64,000 nucleotides of DNA from Balamuthia mandrillaris (GCA_031835245.2 JAVKOQ020000002.1:62001-126000), one strand, 5' to 3'. Counted from the first letter of the stretch, positions 11,705-24,910 are shown. A program made the numbers and translations. Notes: generated from the letters alone by a model not told the origin.

Positions 11705-12805
11705 ATGGAGAAGCTGCCAGAGGAGCTGCTGTGTTGCATTTTGGATTGGGTGGGAGAAGATTTTGGGGGTATTGCGGCCAGAACGTGCTGGCGCTGGTAC
11801 CGTTGCACCAAGGAACCTCGGCGTAAATGCCTCAGCGCGCGGGGAGCCTGCTCAAACCTGCGCTTGCTGAAGTGGGCGAGAGAGCACGGAATGCATTGGA
11901 GCGAAGAGGTTTGTGGTTTCGCTGCCGCACATGGCGCTTTGGACGTGCTGCAGTGGGCTAAAAGTCAAGGTTGTCCATGGGACAAACAAACTTGCGATAA
12001 CGCAGCAGAACGGGGCAATCTTGAAATGTTAAAGTGGGCGCGGGAGCACAGCTGCCCTTGGGACAAGTGGACTTTCTATCAGGCAGCTTCAAACGGTCAC
12101 TTGGATGTGCTGGAGTGGGCTGACACCCATGGTTGTGAATGGTACGAGGACGCATGTTACTGGGCAGCACAAAAGGGCCACATTCACGTGTTGGAATGGG
12201 TGTATTCTAAGCGGGGCTACCTTGGAGGTCACTGGACCTGCGCTTTTGCTGCTGGCAGTGGACAATTAGAGGTGTTGAAGTGGGCGCGAGAGCGCGGGTG
12301 CCCTTGGAGCGACTACACTTGCAGCGGAGCTGCCGCCCACGGACATTTGGAGGTACTGCAATGGGCAAGAGCAAACGGATGTCCCTGGGACGAAAATACT
12401 AGCATACAGGCAGCCCAACATGGACATTTGGAAGTACTAAAATGGGCAAGAGAGAACGGATGCCCGTGGGGCGAAAGCACTTGCGACAAAGCTGCAGAGC
12501 GTGGCCATTTCGAGGTCTTGAAGTGGGCGAGAGAGAACGGATGTCCTTGGGATGAATACACCTGCAGTGGAGCTGCTGCCTCTGGAAATCTGGAAGTACT
12601 TCAGTGGGCGAGGGAGAACGGATGTCCCTGGGACGAGGAGACTTGCGCCTGCGCAGCGGAGAACGGCCATTTGCATGTATTGAAGTGGGCAAGAGAGAAT
12701 GGGTGCCCTTGGGATGAAAGCACGCACACTCGTGCGAAAGAGAATGATCATTTAGAGGTATTACAGTGGGCCTTGGCGCATGGCTGCCCTTCGTTAAGCG
12801 AGTAG
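11705..12805 (+). CDS. Intronless F-box-like + ankyrin-like repeat protein (LEVLKWARENGCPWDE type)
   Basis: N-terminal LPEELLCCIL..CWRW F-box-like motif, then about 12 copies of a ~25-aa repeat AA..GHLEVLKWARENGCPWD. This repeat type is common in giant viruses and amoebae. Confidence 0.9.
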   Translation: MEKLPEELLCCILDWVGEDFGGIAARTCWRWYRCTKEPRRKCLSARGACSNLRLLKWAREHGMHWSEEVCGFAAAHGALDVLQWAKSQGCPWDKQTCDNAAERGNLEMLKWAREHSCPWDKWTFYQAASNGHLDVLEWADTHGCEWYEDACYWAAQKGHIHVLEWVYSKRGYLGGHWTCAFAAGSGQLEVLKWARERGCPWSDYTCSGAAAHGHLEVLQWARANGCPWDENTSIQAAQHGHLEVLKWARENGCPWGESTCDKAAERGHFEVLKWARENGCPWDEYTCSGAAASGNLEVLQWARENGCPWDEETCACAAENGHLHVLKWARENGCPWDESTHTRAKENDHLEVLQWALAHGCPSLSE

Positions 12806-12929
12806 GTTGCTCACCTCTGCGTTTCAAATTAACCGTTCTTTCGTTCTTGATTGCTTTATTTCTTTGGCAGCTTTTCGTTTGGTACCAAGTTTCTTCTCTT
12901 CATTCAAAATTGTTTTACTTACAAAAAAA

Positions 12930-15900
12930 TCAGGACTGGGTAACGTAGGTATTTGCCACTTGTAGTAAAATGCTAGCAACCTGGCGCTTTTCTATGGGTT
13001 TGGAGATGTAGCCAACCATGCCTGCGTCTTTACACTTTTGTTGTATTCCAGCCACCACATCTGCTGTTACAGCCACAATATACGGCCGTTTTTCTGGTGG
13101 CACTTCTGTTTGTATTCTCTTACTTGCTTCCAACCCATCCTGTTAAAAGATTGTTTAGCGCGGAGTGTCTTGTGAAATGAACAAGAGAAGCGAATGTTTT
13201 ACCATGACGGGCATGTGCAAGTCCATCAATACTACGTCATAATGTTTGTTCTTCACCTCTTGGAGGGCTTCCAATCCATTTTCTACAACGTGAGGACGAT
13301 AGCTCAACGAGTGGAGCATCCTGCAAATTACTTTTTGGTTGATCTTGTTGTCCTCTGCTACCAATATCCGAAGAGGAGGCATAGATGGGTTAGCTGTACA
13401 ACCGCCATTGGATGGGTCGAGTTTCTTTGTTTGTCCTCCATGCAAACGTGCCGACAATAACTAATGTACAACAAAGAAAGAAAAAAGTTAAGCGATAAAA
13501 AAAGAGGTGAGATCAGCAGAACGAGACACGAAAGGATTTATACCGGTTTAGGCGTGCCCGCATAACTCAACAACATAGAGCCATACAACGAAGCAGGTGC
13601 AGGCTTGTCAGAGATCCAACAGGGCACCCGAATGGTAAATCCAAAGACAGAACCTTTCCCGTATTCTGATTTGACCCACGTGTCCCCTCCCATCAGCTGA
13701 GCCAGCCGACGACAAATGGCCAATCCAAGGCCTGTTCCACCAACTTTTCTCGTAATCTTGGAGTCTACTTGACGAAACGCTTGAAACAAGTCTTTGATGT
13801 GCCTTTCTTGAATGCCTGTACCTGTATCCTGAACTTCGAAAGCGATCTCGTAAAGATTGTATCCTCCAGTATCGTCATCGTGGTGGCGCTCTTCCAATCC
13901 ATGGTTTCCTTGTTCATTGATTTTATCAACGCCTTTTTCGTTCATGTGCTTGCTTGTTGCCTGCTCACCTTTGCCGTTGAGTGTTATAAATGCGTCCTTC
14001 TCGCCGCTATCCGCCTGTGGTCGCATTTGTTTGGGTGGAGGCTTGCACTCTGCTGTTAGTAACTTTGCTGTCACTTCCAACCGCACGTCCCCTTGCGCTG
14101 TGAAAGTAATAGCGTTGTTTAACAGATTGCTTAAAACTTGAATTACTCGATTCTCATCCGCGAACAAAACTCTGTTGATAAAAAACCAGATGTAAGAAGA
14201 TGACGGCATCATTCATGCCAAGACAACAAACCTTGGTACGTTCTCAGCGATGTTGTAGCACAGGCAAAGATTCTTCATGCTGGCTTTTAGGGAAAGCATG
14301 TTTATGACGACTTTAATGCACTCCCAGAGATCAAAGTGGATGGGTTTCAGCTCAACGCTTTCGGCTTCGATCTTGCTAAAATCCAACACCTTGTCCACCA
14401 ATGACAACAAGATGTGAGAGCTGCGATACATCATGTAAATGAGATCTTCCTGTTCTGTAGTTGGTTTTGTCTCGAATAGCATTTCGGCGGAGGCGATTAC
14501 TGCATTCTTTTCCACCAAATAAGGAACACAGTTGTCTCAGGGTTAGAAACGAGAATGAATTAGAGGAAGAGGAAACAGAGAAGGGTACCAAAGGGGTCCG
14601 AATCTCATGAGACATGTTGGCGAGAAACATGCTTTTTGCTTTGGTCGCTGCTTCTGCAGCCTTCTTTGCTCGTTTCAGCTCCAGCTCAGCCTCTTTTCGT
14701 TCAGTGATATCGCTCAACACCCCGACGTAAGACGTCACCGTATTGTTAAAGTGAGTTACAGGAGTAATGCGCAACATACTCCAAAACTTGCTCCCATTCT
14801 TTCTGTAGTGCAGCATTTCCACTTCTGTGTTTTCTGCGGAGATCAAAGCGGCTCGCAGGGTTTGCTTAGCTGACTCTGCAGTCTCCTCTCCTTCTAACAC
14901 TTCCAACGTTTTATCTGTTCAAAGAATGAATGAGAATTAGGAACAAGGCAGTTTACAAAAGATATGGAATAGAACGAGATAGATTACCTTTAACATCCCC
15001 TAGAGAATAACCAGTGATTCTCTCAAAGCCACGATTCACAAAGACGATGCCTTGAGTGCAGGCGTCCCACATGATGAGGCCCTCCGAAAGACAGTTGACG
15101 CCATAAAGTAGCCGCTCTTTGTCCTTGTTCACAATCTCGCATTCCAAGGTACTGTACATGTTCTTCAGGCGCAATTCCATTGCTTGCATTACTATGGCTG
15201 CTAAGTCCGTCAACGTTTGTATTTCCGCTTCTGACATCGTTCTTGGCTGTGAGTCGATGATGCAAAGAGTTCCTGTATTGGCAGAACAGTAAGCCACATT
15301 ATGATGAACGGCTAATGAGAAACCGGAGTGAAGCCAAGAGAAAACACGAGAGGAAAGGGAACAGGCGATAAAGCGAGAAGAACAACAGACTGAACAGCCA
15401 GCGAAAGAAGAGAAGCAGGAAGCAGACGTTTTTACCGAGTTTGTAGTTGTTGGAGGTGACCAACGGAGCACCGGCGTAGAAGCGAATGGAGGGAGGCCCA
15501 AGCACCAACGGGTTCAACCAAAACCGCTCGTCCTTGGTGGCGTCCGGCACAACCAGACATTCGGGCTTCTTGGGCAGAATGGCCCAGGCACAAAACGCAT
15601 CACAGCGCGGCGTCTCCCGCGCAGCTAAGCCAACGCAGGACTTGAACCTTTTTTTTTTAGTGAGTGGGATGAGAAAGAGCGAAGAGCGAAGAGATCAAAC
15701 AAACCATTGTCGATGCTTGTCGACCAGGCTGACTATAGCAATGGGCACGTTGAAGAGGCGGGCAGCAAGGGTGGTGATCCGGTCGAACGCCTCCTCGTAG
15801 TCCGTGTCCAAGATGTGTTGCTTGCGTAGCTCCATGAGGCGCGCCCTCTCGTCCTCGGGGTTGGGCGGGAAGATCCTGGCCACCGCCTCCCGCAGCGCGT

Positions 15901-16039
15901 TGGACTCCTGCTCGAGGTTGTCCTGGTGGACGGCGGAGAGCCCCTCAGGGAACTCGGTGGCGGCCTCCGCCTCTTCTTTGTACGGACGCCGATCCTCCTC
16001 CGTCGGCGCGGCGGCAGCTTCAGAGGTAAAGGTGGACAT
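12930..16039 (-). CDS. Hybrid sensor histidine kinase GAF-PAS-HisKA-HATPase-receiver, multi-exon
   Basis: [76 protein letters not shown]-box: [15 protein letters not shown] boxes: [26 protein letters not shown]. Receiver: [27 protein letters not shown]. Confidence 0.95.
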
Positions 16040-16063
16040 TGGGGTGAGGGAGGGGAGGAAGGG

Positions 16064-16097
<34 letters not shown>

Positions 16098-16516
16098 AAG
16101 AGAAGCAGCACGCTCCCTTTATGAAGTTTTGTTCGAAAGGAGAAAAAAAAAGCAAGGTGGCGAGGAGGAGGGTGATGGAATGCTTTCGTGTTTGTTTTGA
16201 GGTTTGCTTTGGTTTTTGTTGTTGGCTTTTATTTTTCTCACGTGTTTCCTAGCAACTTCCGTTAGGTCGTTGTTATTGCATTTCGTTGGATTTTCAGGGT
16301 TACCGTGATACGATTTCCTTAATAGGTGATGATCACCTATATGACAGATCCAGCCCTGGAAAGGAAATAATTCACAATCTTTTCGAATTCGTCGATAAAA
16401 GTTTTGGTATTTCGATTGTTGTGCTTCTTTTGGAATAAAACTCAACAACTATTGCCGCCTCCCAATTATTATCGCATTACAGAAGAAAACCAAAAATACA
16501 AAGAGCGACGAGGAGG

Positions 16517-17479
16517 ATGGTGGTGATCGAATGGCCTTACTTGGCGGCTACAGCCCTCCTGGCCTCCGTCGAGTTCTCTTTGGTCTGGGCCCTGAGCACC
16601 TTTTGGGCCGAGACGAGCTTCGTGCAGAGCGCCATCGCCCTCAACAAGGGCTTCCTCTCCCTCTGCCACCTGGACGAGAACAACCCCTACTTCCAGGTGC
16701 TCGGCGTGATGCTCCTCCTGGGCTGCCTGGTGTTCTGGGTGCTGGGCCGCCTGACCGGGGCCGACTGGGCCTTTGACCCTCACTGGTCCCTGCACGGCAT
16801 GCTCTGCGTCATCTTCTACCAGCACCACCCGGCCCTGCTGGGCGGCTTCAATTCCGCCCGCTCCAACCTGCTCCTCCTCTTCTTTGCGCTCTACGCCGTG
16901 GAGCTGACCTACCACTACTTTCAAGTCTCTCACTTTTGCTTTTGGAAGGAGGAGGTTCGATTTGTTTTTCGCGTTGTTTCTTTCATCCCTTTTTTTTAAA
17001 CACTTTTTTTGTTGTTTCAAAAAAAATAATAATCTAGGATTGGCGCTACACTCGCTTCAGGAAGGCTTTGACGGGCTATGGCTACTGGCTGTGGAGCTTG
17101 TTCATGGTGTACGTGCTGCAGGCTGCGATGATCTTTCCCTACGGGGCCGGCATCTACGGCGTTCACGTGTCCAACGCCCCGTTGAACTGGGTGGATGGCG
17201 TGGCTTGCCTCTCCTTTGTTATCAGCTTGTTCTTGCAGACCGTCGGTGACTACCAAATGTTTATCTTCCGTAAGGTTGTGCATTCTCCTTTCTCGTCCTC
17301 TTATCTGCTCTGATGGCCATCCGTTTTGCTGAACAGAAACGTGACGAAGCGAAGAAACAAGGCAAGCCCTTCCCTGTTAACCTCGAGACGGGCCTCTGGT
17401 ATTACTCAAGGTGCCTCTCCTCTCTGCGCGTATTTCAATCACTCTGTGCTCATTCTCTCTCTCTGTCTCTCTCTCTGTC

Positions 17480-17536
<57 letters not shown>

Positions 17537-17818
17537 CTCTCTTATAGGCATCCAGCATACGTTGGTGAATGGGGAATATGGTTCTCCGCTTATCTGTTTT
17601 CTGTGGCGGCAGGAGGACCCTGGTGGGCCATCGTTGGTCCAATCCTCTGTCTCCTGGCCTTTGCGGCCTCCATCCCTCTCACCGAGAAGCGGGTAATGGT
17701 GTGGAACACCACCCCAGAACGTCAGGCCGCTTATGCCAAGTACCAACGCACCACCTCTGCCTTTTTCCCTTGGTTTAAGTTCCGTGATCCTCAAGAGAAG
17801 GCCAAGAAGCAACAATAA
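16517..17818 (+). CDS. DUF1295 / steroid 5-alpha-reductase-like membrane protein, multi-exon
   Basis: Several hydrophobic segments, QTVGDYQMFIFR, GLWYYSR/HPAYVGEWGIW, SIPLTEKR and YAKYQRTTSAFFPW. Confidence 0.88.
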
Positions 17819-18171
17819 CTCGGTTTCGCTAATTCGACTGTAACGTAGCCCAAAGCGCCAGCAGGCCTGAGGGAGGAAGACATCACAAAGTTGAGAAGGT
17901 GGCCCAGAAAATAAATAAAAGAACCACACGAATTGTGTGTTGTTGAAGGGATCGCACTTGGATAGAAGAGCACAGAGCCCCATATGGGCTTGTCATGCAA
18001 ACTACTCTTGCACATCGATGCAAATAGCAACAACATTTCAGCAAAACGTAAGCATATAGGCTGTGTTTGTGAAGCAGCTTTCACGTGAGAGACACCATAC
18101 CGCTTCATGGCCTGCATTATTATCCCATGTTTGTCGTTTCAGGTGCAAAGGAAGAGGAACAATGTTTTTAT

Positions 18172-18953
18172 TTAACCTCCACCATGATGATTATTCGGGC
18201 GACCATGGACACGTTGTCGCATCTTGTCCACACAAATGCAGAGGGCCAGATAGAGCAGCACGTCCGCACCCGCATGCATGTGTATGTTCCATCCATCAAA
18301 AAACCATTGCCTCTCCATTTGGCAGGCCAGTTTGCCCTCGTGTAACATTTTGAAACTTTTTTCATGGTAGCCTGGGCTTATTGTGATTGCTGTTATTGTT
18401 GTGTGGTTATGTTACAGCTGCTTAGAATATATGCAACGAAACACAGCCGAAGCAAACGCACAATAAGAAACGGAATAGGAACAAACCATTCTCATCAACT
18501 TTCCCGCCAGGACCAAAGCACTCAACCAGATATTCAGTCCACAGAAAGGAAGTTCTGGAAATGGCGCATAGTGGCACTTTCGTCATATCCCTCTTCTTCA
18601 TCTTTCCTTTGGCGTCATATACCACCTGCTCGATGATGAACTTCTTCTTGAAGAAACCAGTGTCCTCGTTGACAAGGACCAAAGGTTCGTTCTTACGGTT
18701 TACAATGGCGAACTGGCGGTCGCCAAAGATGTTGAAGAGAGATGGATTGAGGCGATCCATCTTGAACCATACTTTGTCTCCTCGTCCTTTTATCACTCCA
18801 CTTCCTGTTTTATAAAGTTGGGTTGGCAACCGTAGAAAGAATGCAAAGACGAAGAGAAGAGAGAATAAAAAGCAAAGTAGAAGCACCGAACGAAACAATA
18901 GATAAAGGAAATAACAAGAAACAACAGCAAAGGTGCAAGTACGAGCAAATACG

Positions 18954-19000
<47 letters not shown>

Positions 19001-19869
19001 AACAAACGAGTAATACATACCATAGTCCCACAGGTTTTCGGACATGCTGAACTTTGTTTGATAAGAGTAACTCAAAATTGCACCACTGGTACGATGAAAG
19101 GTCTGTGAGAGAACGAGTTCTTCTATATGAGTCCTCTTCTTCTTCACTTCTTTCAGATCGGCTTTTACTGCTGCCAAGCGTTGCGTTCTCTTTCTCTTCT
19201 CCTTCAAAAATGCCCCCACTGCTACAGCAGCGTCAGCCACTTCTTCGGGAAGCTGTAGAGTACCGAGAAGATAAGAGGAACTTTGCAAGACAGCAGCAAA
19301 TCTAAAGAGAGAGCAGAAGTAGGAGAGGAGCTCTGTGGAGCGAAGCGTTGTGTTTCGGGGGAGAGTCATGTTCCTTGGCCAATGCTTCGAAGGAAAGCCT
19401 GGTAGTTGGGCTTTGCCCCTCAACAATGTTTGTAACTATTTTGATGGTAAGCAAGCCAAGGAGAAGAAGGAGAGATGACGACAAAAGAGTGGTACCTGTT
19501 TGTGGGCATTAAGAAGGTTGCTGTAACGGTCCCCGAACACTCCGGTGCACTTGGAGCCATGGATGGTCACAGTCACTTGAAATGTGTATATCTATATAAA
19601 ACCATTATAGATAATGGTTCTGTCAGTAAACAAAGCCGAAACCAAGAAGGGGAAAAAAAACTAATGAAAAAAGGTACAGCGTAGGGCCGTTTTGCTCCTT
19701 GGGCGAGAGCAGCTTCCTGGTCCACCACAGTCACCGCTAACAGCTCAAAGGCAACTCTTGGCACCCCGGACTCTTTTTGTTTATTGGCCTGGTCTAACAA
19801 GGTTTGTCGATCCTGTCGCAGCTGTTGTTCCTTCAGTCGCACCGCCTCCAACCGCGAGCGTAACCCCAT
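18172..19869 (-). CDS. Coiled-coil + LURP-one/Tubby-C(scramblase)-like protein, tandem copy 1
   Basis: A helical N-terminus is followed by a beta-rich region (FAIVNRKNEPLVLVNED). The final motif IHMHAGADVLLYLALCICVDKM resembles the Tubby C-terminal-like barrel closing helix. The gene is paralogous to 20001-21605. Confidence 0.6.
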
Positions 19870-20000
19870 AGTTGGTGGTTGAAATGTTGGTCGCGGTCGT
19901 GCAAGCTAAGGCGCTCAAAAAAATAATATTATGCTTCCGAAAGTTTTTCTTGGTAGTTTAATAATATGAACAATAATAATATAATGGTATCGTCATGATG

Positions 20001-20683
20001 TCATGATACCAAAAGGTCTAGTACCGTAACTTGCCTACGACGGGGACGACCGTGATGACGTCGTCGCATCTTGTACACACAAAAGCAGAGGGCCAGATAG
20101 AGCAGCACGTCCGCACCGGCATGCATGTGAATGTCCAATCCTCCACTGTACCATTCCCGTTCCATTTGGCAGGCCAGTTTGCCCTCTTGCACCATTTGGA
20201 AGCCTTGTTCCTGGTAGCCTGGGTGTATTGTGATTGCTGTGTATTGTTGTTAGGCTAGGATACAGGAAAGTCCAAAAGAGCATGACTTTTAACAATAAAT
20301 AAATAAAAGAAAAGGCATTTTTAACAAGAACAAACCTCTCTCACTGACGTTACCGCCAGAACCAAAGTACTCAACCAGGTAGAGAACTGAAGTTCTGGAA
20401 ATGGTACATATTGGCACTTTTTTCATTGTCTGCTTCTTTCCTTTAGCGTCGTCCTGGTAGAGCACTCGCTCTATAATAAACCTCCTCTCAAAATTAGCGT
20501 CCTCATTGATAAGGACCAGAGGCTTGTTCTGTCTGTTCACAATGGCGAACTGGAGGTCGCCTTTGAAGAGAGATGGATTGAGGAGATCCATCTCGAACCA
20601 TACATTGTCTCCTCGTCCTTTTATTACTCCACATCCTATTTTTATTTAAGTTGGGTTGGCAAACAACCGTAAAATACAAAGAG

Positions 20684-20728
<45 letters not shown>

Positions 20729-21605
20729 AAGTAATACATACCATAGTCCCACAAGTCTTCGGACATGTTGAACTTTGTGTGATAAGAGTACCGCAACAAT
20801 TCGCCACTGTTGTAATGGAACGTCTGCGAGAGATAAAATTCTTCCAAATGAGCCCTCTCCTGCTTCACTTCTTTCAGTTTAGCGTTCACCACGGCCAAAC
20901 TTTGCTTCCTCGCTTTCTTTTCCTTTGCAAAGGCAGCAACAGCGGCGGCAGCTTCAGCAACTTCTTCGGGAAGCCCCAAAGTTCTGAGGAGAAAAGAGGA
21001 GTTCTGCAAGACTTCAACTATTTGAAAGAGGGAAGAGTAGTAGTCCAGAAGCTCCTTGGCGCGAAGCTTTGTGTTGTGAGGGAGAGTCATGTTATTCGGC
21101 CAATGCTTTGAAGGAAAACTTGGTAGTTTGGCCTCTCTTAAAGTTAACTAATGTTTTGTGTGGTTAGTTGAGGAAAAGGATTATGACGAGAAAGAGAAGC
21201 GACTAAACAGAATGGAGAAGAATGCGAAAGACAAAGCGACAGTGGAAGAGAAATGAGGTACTTGATGGTGGGCTCTGCGCAGATTGCTGTAACGGTCCCC
21301 AAAAATACCGGTGCATTGCAAGCCGTTGAACGTGATAGAGACCTGCATCTTGTAGATCTTTTTAACGCTCAGTCAGTGAACAAGGCACAACGAGCAGAAA
21401 CAGGTACACTTACAGCGAAAGGGCGTTTAGCTTCACGGGCAGGAGGAGCCTCCTGATCCACCACGGTCACGCCCAACATCTTCAACGCCGTCCTTGGCAC
21501 CCCAAACTGTTCATGTTCGTGGTCTTGGTGCAACAAGGCTTGCAGTTCCTGTTGCAGGTGTAGTTCAGTGCGCCGCGCCTTGTCCAGCTGCGATTGTAAT
21601 GCCAT
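20001..21605 (-). CDS. Coiled-coil + LURP-one/Tubby-C-like protein, tandem copy 2
   Basis: Exon-by-exon similarity to copy 1 (GVPR.A...L.VTVVDQEA, MTLP.NT.LR, KF.MSE.LWDYG, EGKLACQMER.W, HMHAGADVLLYLALC). The exact ends are uncertain. Confidence 0.6.
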
Positions 21606-22080
21606 GGTTTGCTGTGCTCTTTCTGCGATGGTTGGAACCACACAGTGGATAACTTGTTATATAGTCTGCCTGTAACAGCTACGGTGTTCTTAGTTTTTTC
21701 CCTTGTTCTTGCAAAAACGGAGAACTCCATAATCCACGAACTGGGTTTTGCTCCTTCCAAACGGCATGATGAGCCTTTAGAATGGCACGAGGATAACAGA
21801 GTTTCCTTTTATTTTTGGTCAGCCACCCGTTTTCATTATCACACTTATCATCGGGAAAGCAATAAGCGCACCAGCACCCGCCGGCGAGGAGGAGGAGGAG
21901 GACGACACGAAAATGCAGGGTCTTCCGAGCTCCTTGACGGCTCCAACACTCGCCGGAGGGTCTCCCGACCTCTCCACACTTCCACTCACGAGGAAGGATT
22001 TTTTTTGTCTCTGTGTAACGTTTTCGTGTCGTCGTGAAATGGAGGCTCCAACGTGAGGGGAGAGAGAGACAGGGGCACCC

Positions 22081-22232
22081 ATGGAACAACCGCACAGCAG
22101 CAGCAGCAACGGGGACAGCTGTGACCTGCAGGAGGTGATAGCCTGCCTTGAAGCCCACTACGGTTTGTAGTAGTAGTAGTCCTTTTCGTCGTCGTCGTCT
22201 TCGTCGTCGTCGTTCCCTTCTTTTGTTGTTGA

Positions 22233-22263
<31 letters not shown>

Positions 22264-24910
22264 CTGACTTTTTTCGCCCTCTCGAAGGAAAAGGCGTAGA
22301 GGAGTGCTTGCTGAACTTGTACCAGTGGGGCTCGCGCGTCTACGGAACCAATCTGCCAGACAGCGACTGGGTAGAATAACTCTCTCTTGTGCTCCTCCTC
22401 CTTGTTGTGTTTTTCGCGCGTGGAAGCTCATGTTTGGCTTCTTTGCCAAAGGACTTTTTGGCGGTCATAGATGAACCATCCACCGAAGCTGGTCGGCAAG
22501 TTTACGCCAAGCTCCTTCCTCAAGGTTGTTTCCATCACCGTAGTACTTGCTACCCTATTTCTCCCCCTTGCTAACAGACGTTCACTCTCTCACCCACAGG
22601 GGACTCCATGGAGGTGTTTGTGGACAAAAAGATCAACGTTACCTTCTACACTTTGGAGGGCTTCGTCACGCAGATCCATGCGCACGCGTTGATGCTGATG
22701 GAAGCGCTCTTTCTCCCAGGCGAGAACGTTTGGCTGCGGCGTCTGGACGATGTCCAGCTGCTTCGTGAGCAGTGGACCTTGGACCGGGCCATCTTTTGGC
22801 GGAGCGTCATGTGGGAGACCAATCGCAGCATCCGCAACGCCAAGAAGAAGTTCGCCAACGGAAACGTGAAGAAAGGCAAGAAGGAGCTGTTCCACGCCAT
22901 CCGTTATATCATGTTTGCCTTGCAGATTCTCGACGAGGGCAAGATACGCAACTTTGCAGCTGCCAACGAGTATTGGTTTGGTCCATCTTACCACAGCAGT
23001 AAACATGGTTTCTCTGCTCTCTCCTCTCTCCTCTCTGCTCTCTGCTCTCTGCTCCCTGCTCTCTGCTCTCTCCTCCCTCCTCTCTCCTCTCTCCTCTCTC
23101 CTCCGCTCAACCGCAATGAACATTACGTTTACTGACTATCGATGAGGCTTGACAGTTGATGATGGCAGTCGTTGCGGAAGGGCGGAGTATATTCTCCTTA
23201 AAGGTGTAGGCTTACAAGAGGAAACCGGACAAACCTATGCTCATTACAAGCCTACTTATGGTTCGCTTTTTCATCACTACGTAACATCCTTTCACCGGCT
23301 CTGCCCATGGGAACCCATCTATCATCTCCCAACTTTCAAACTTTGGGTAATAGGAAAGAACTTATCCTCTTCGTCCAAACAAGCGCAAACGAAGAACGCA
23401 CTCACAAACTTCAATACCTCTACTTTCTCTACAGAGCTCTACCAACAACAGTACGAACCGTCATACAGTGTTTGGTGGGAGATAACTCAACGGATACGAA
23501 GCCTCGGCCAAGCAGAGTTTGAACGGCGTTATTATGCAGCATTCGTCACTCACTCTCGCTTCCCTCAACTTGTGCAATTGTTATTGATTGCCTCTGTGTC
23601 TGATGCGATTGAGGGCACGGCAGAAGAACAACACTTCCATCAAAGTCTTCAACAGTTCTCTGGAGTCATATTTGACACGGCGACGCCGCACTGGGATGTA
23701 GTATGTCGATCAATATCCTCTATCCCTTTCAACCCCGATCACGCCTTGCATGACAACGATGAGCTGCCTTCTTCTACTCTAATACTAGAAGATGTTGATG
23801 GTCTCGAAGTGATTCTTTACAGTTACCAAGAAGAATGGCTTATATCAACGTCATTTGATTTAGATGCAGTTTGGAAGCCTTCTTCTGTGGAGCCTTCAGC
23901 TTCATCACAACAACGAAGTGATACGAAAACATTGACGCAAGACTTTTGGGAATCGTGGCAAGCGTTGCGATATGCCCTTCCAAACGACACCCAACTGTGC
24001 TATATCTTCCGGTTTGTGCATACATCTCAGCGAATGGTTGTACACTACCCTAACAATCGGTACGTGCTTTGTTTCTTTGAGCATTTATCCTACAGTAGTA
24101 TTAACACTGCGTATCCAGTATTGTGCTTGTAGGTGTAATAAGTAGGCGAACGGGCTTAAAACAATGTTTATTTACTGAAGCAAACAAGTATAATTGGAGC
24201 ACGCCAATTATCTTTCCTACAGAGCAATGTACATCTCTCGCACAACTCAAACAAAAGCTCTTTTGGATGGCGCCTTGGGTTGCCAAAGGTTTGTTCATCA
24301 CATTTACTGTTCATTTAAATTCCATTAACCAAAGTGTTGTTATTCGTAAAAGGGTTTATTGTATATTTTTCTGCTGACGAGGCGTTGCAGCTTACATCTC
24401 CAATGTATATAGCGGCCAACTCGATTGGCTTTCATAACGTTTCGCAAGGTATTCCTCTCTATTCATTTGAACATGGTGAAACACCTGCTTATTTTACGCG
24501 TTTCAAAAGGCGTTCCAAACTTGTTGACATTAGAAATGACTGATGTTCATATTTTAAATCTTTTACTTTGTAACATGCTAGAGTTTGTTCACTACTTTCC
24601 AACATGGAAAGCAAACGTTCAAACTTTTATCCAAAGTTATGTTTCTTTGTGCAAACAAGTTGATTCACAGTACCAACGAATTATAGCAAGACACAAAGAC
24701 TCTGCTCATGCAACTAAAATTATAAAACAAGAAAGGTATGAATTTATTTTTCTTTTTGTTCACCACATTTAAGCTTTTTTTTCTCTTTGAAATGCAAACA
24801 GGTACGCTTCCATTTTATTTAAACTGTATGCAGAGTACCACTATTCGACCAACAGATATATGGCAACATTACCATTGCACTATGCACTTTCTTTGATTAA
24901 AAAACAATAA
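22081..24910 (+). CDS. Pol-beta-superfamily nucleotidyltransferase fused to a degenerate T4 RNA ligase 1-like domain, multi-exon
   Basis: Spliced LYQWGSRVYGTNLPDSDW/DFLAV fits the GS..DxD signature, followed by helical KELFHAIRYIMFALQIL..GKI. Later segments GVIFD..WDVVCRS, LEDVDG.EVILYSYQEEWLIST and CYIFRF..QRMVVHY resemble Rnl1. Confidence 0.65.

Noticed and set aside
12250..12790. Regularly spaced repeats resembling a CRISPR array
   Set aside because: They are 75-nt in-frame coding repeats of the ankyrin-like protein, with no unique spacers and no cas genes.
14700..15100. LOV blue-light sensor in the histidine kinase
   Set aside because: The PAS domain is LOV-like, but the spliced sequence reads [12 protein letters not shown] where LOV has GRNCRFLQG. 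The photoactive Cys is absent.
17791..18117. 108-aa minus-strand ORF between DUF1295 and tandem copy 1
   Set aside because: It has no recognisable motif and overlaps the 3' end of DUF1295, so it cannot be supported as a gene.
18280..18310. Apparent frameshift in tandem copy 1
   Set aside because: Re-reading gives an intact frame WFFDGWNIHMHAGAD. The ORF track simply shows a different frame.
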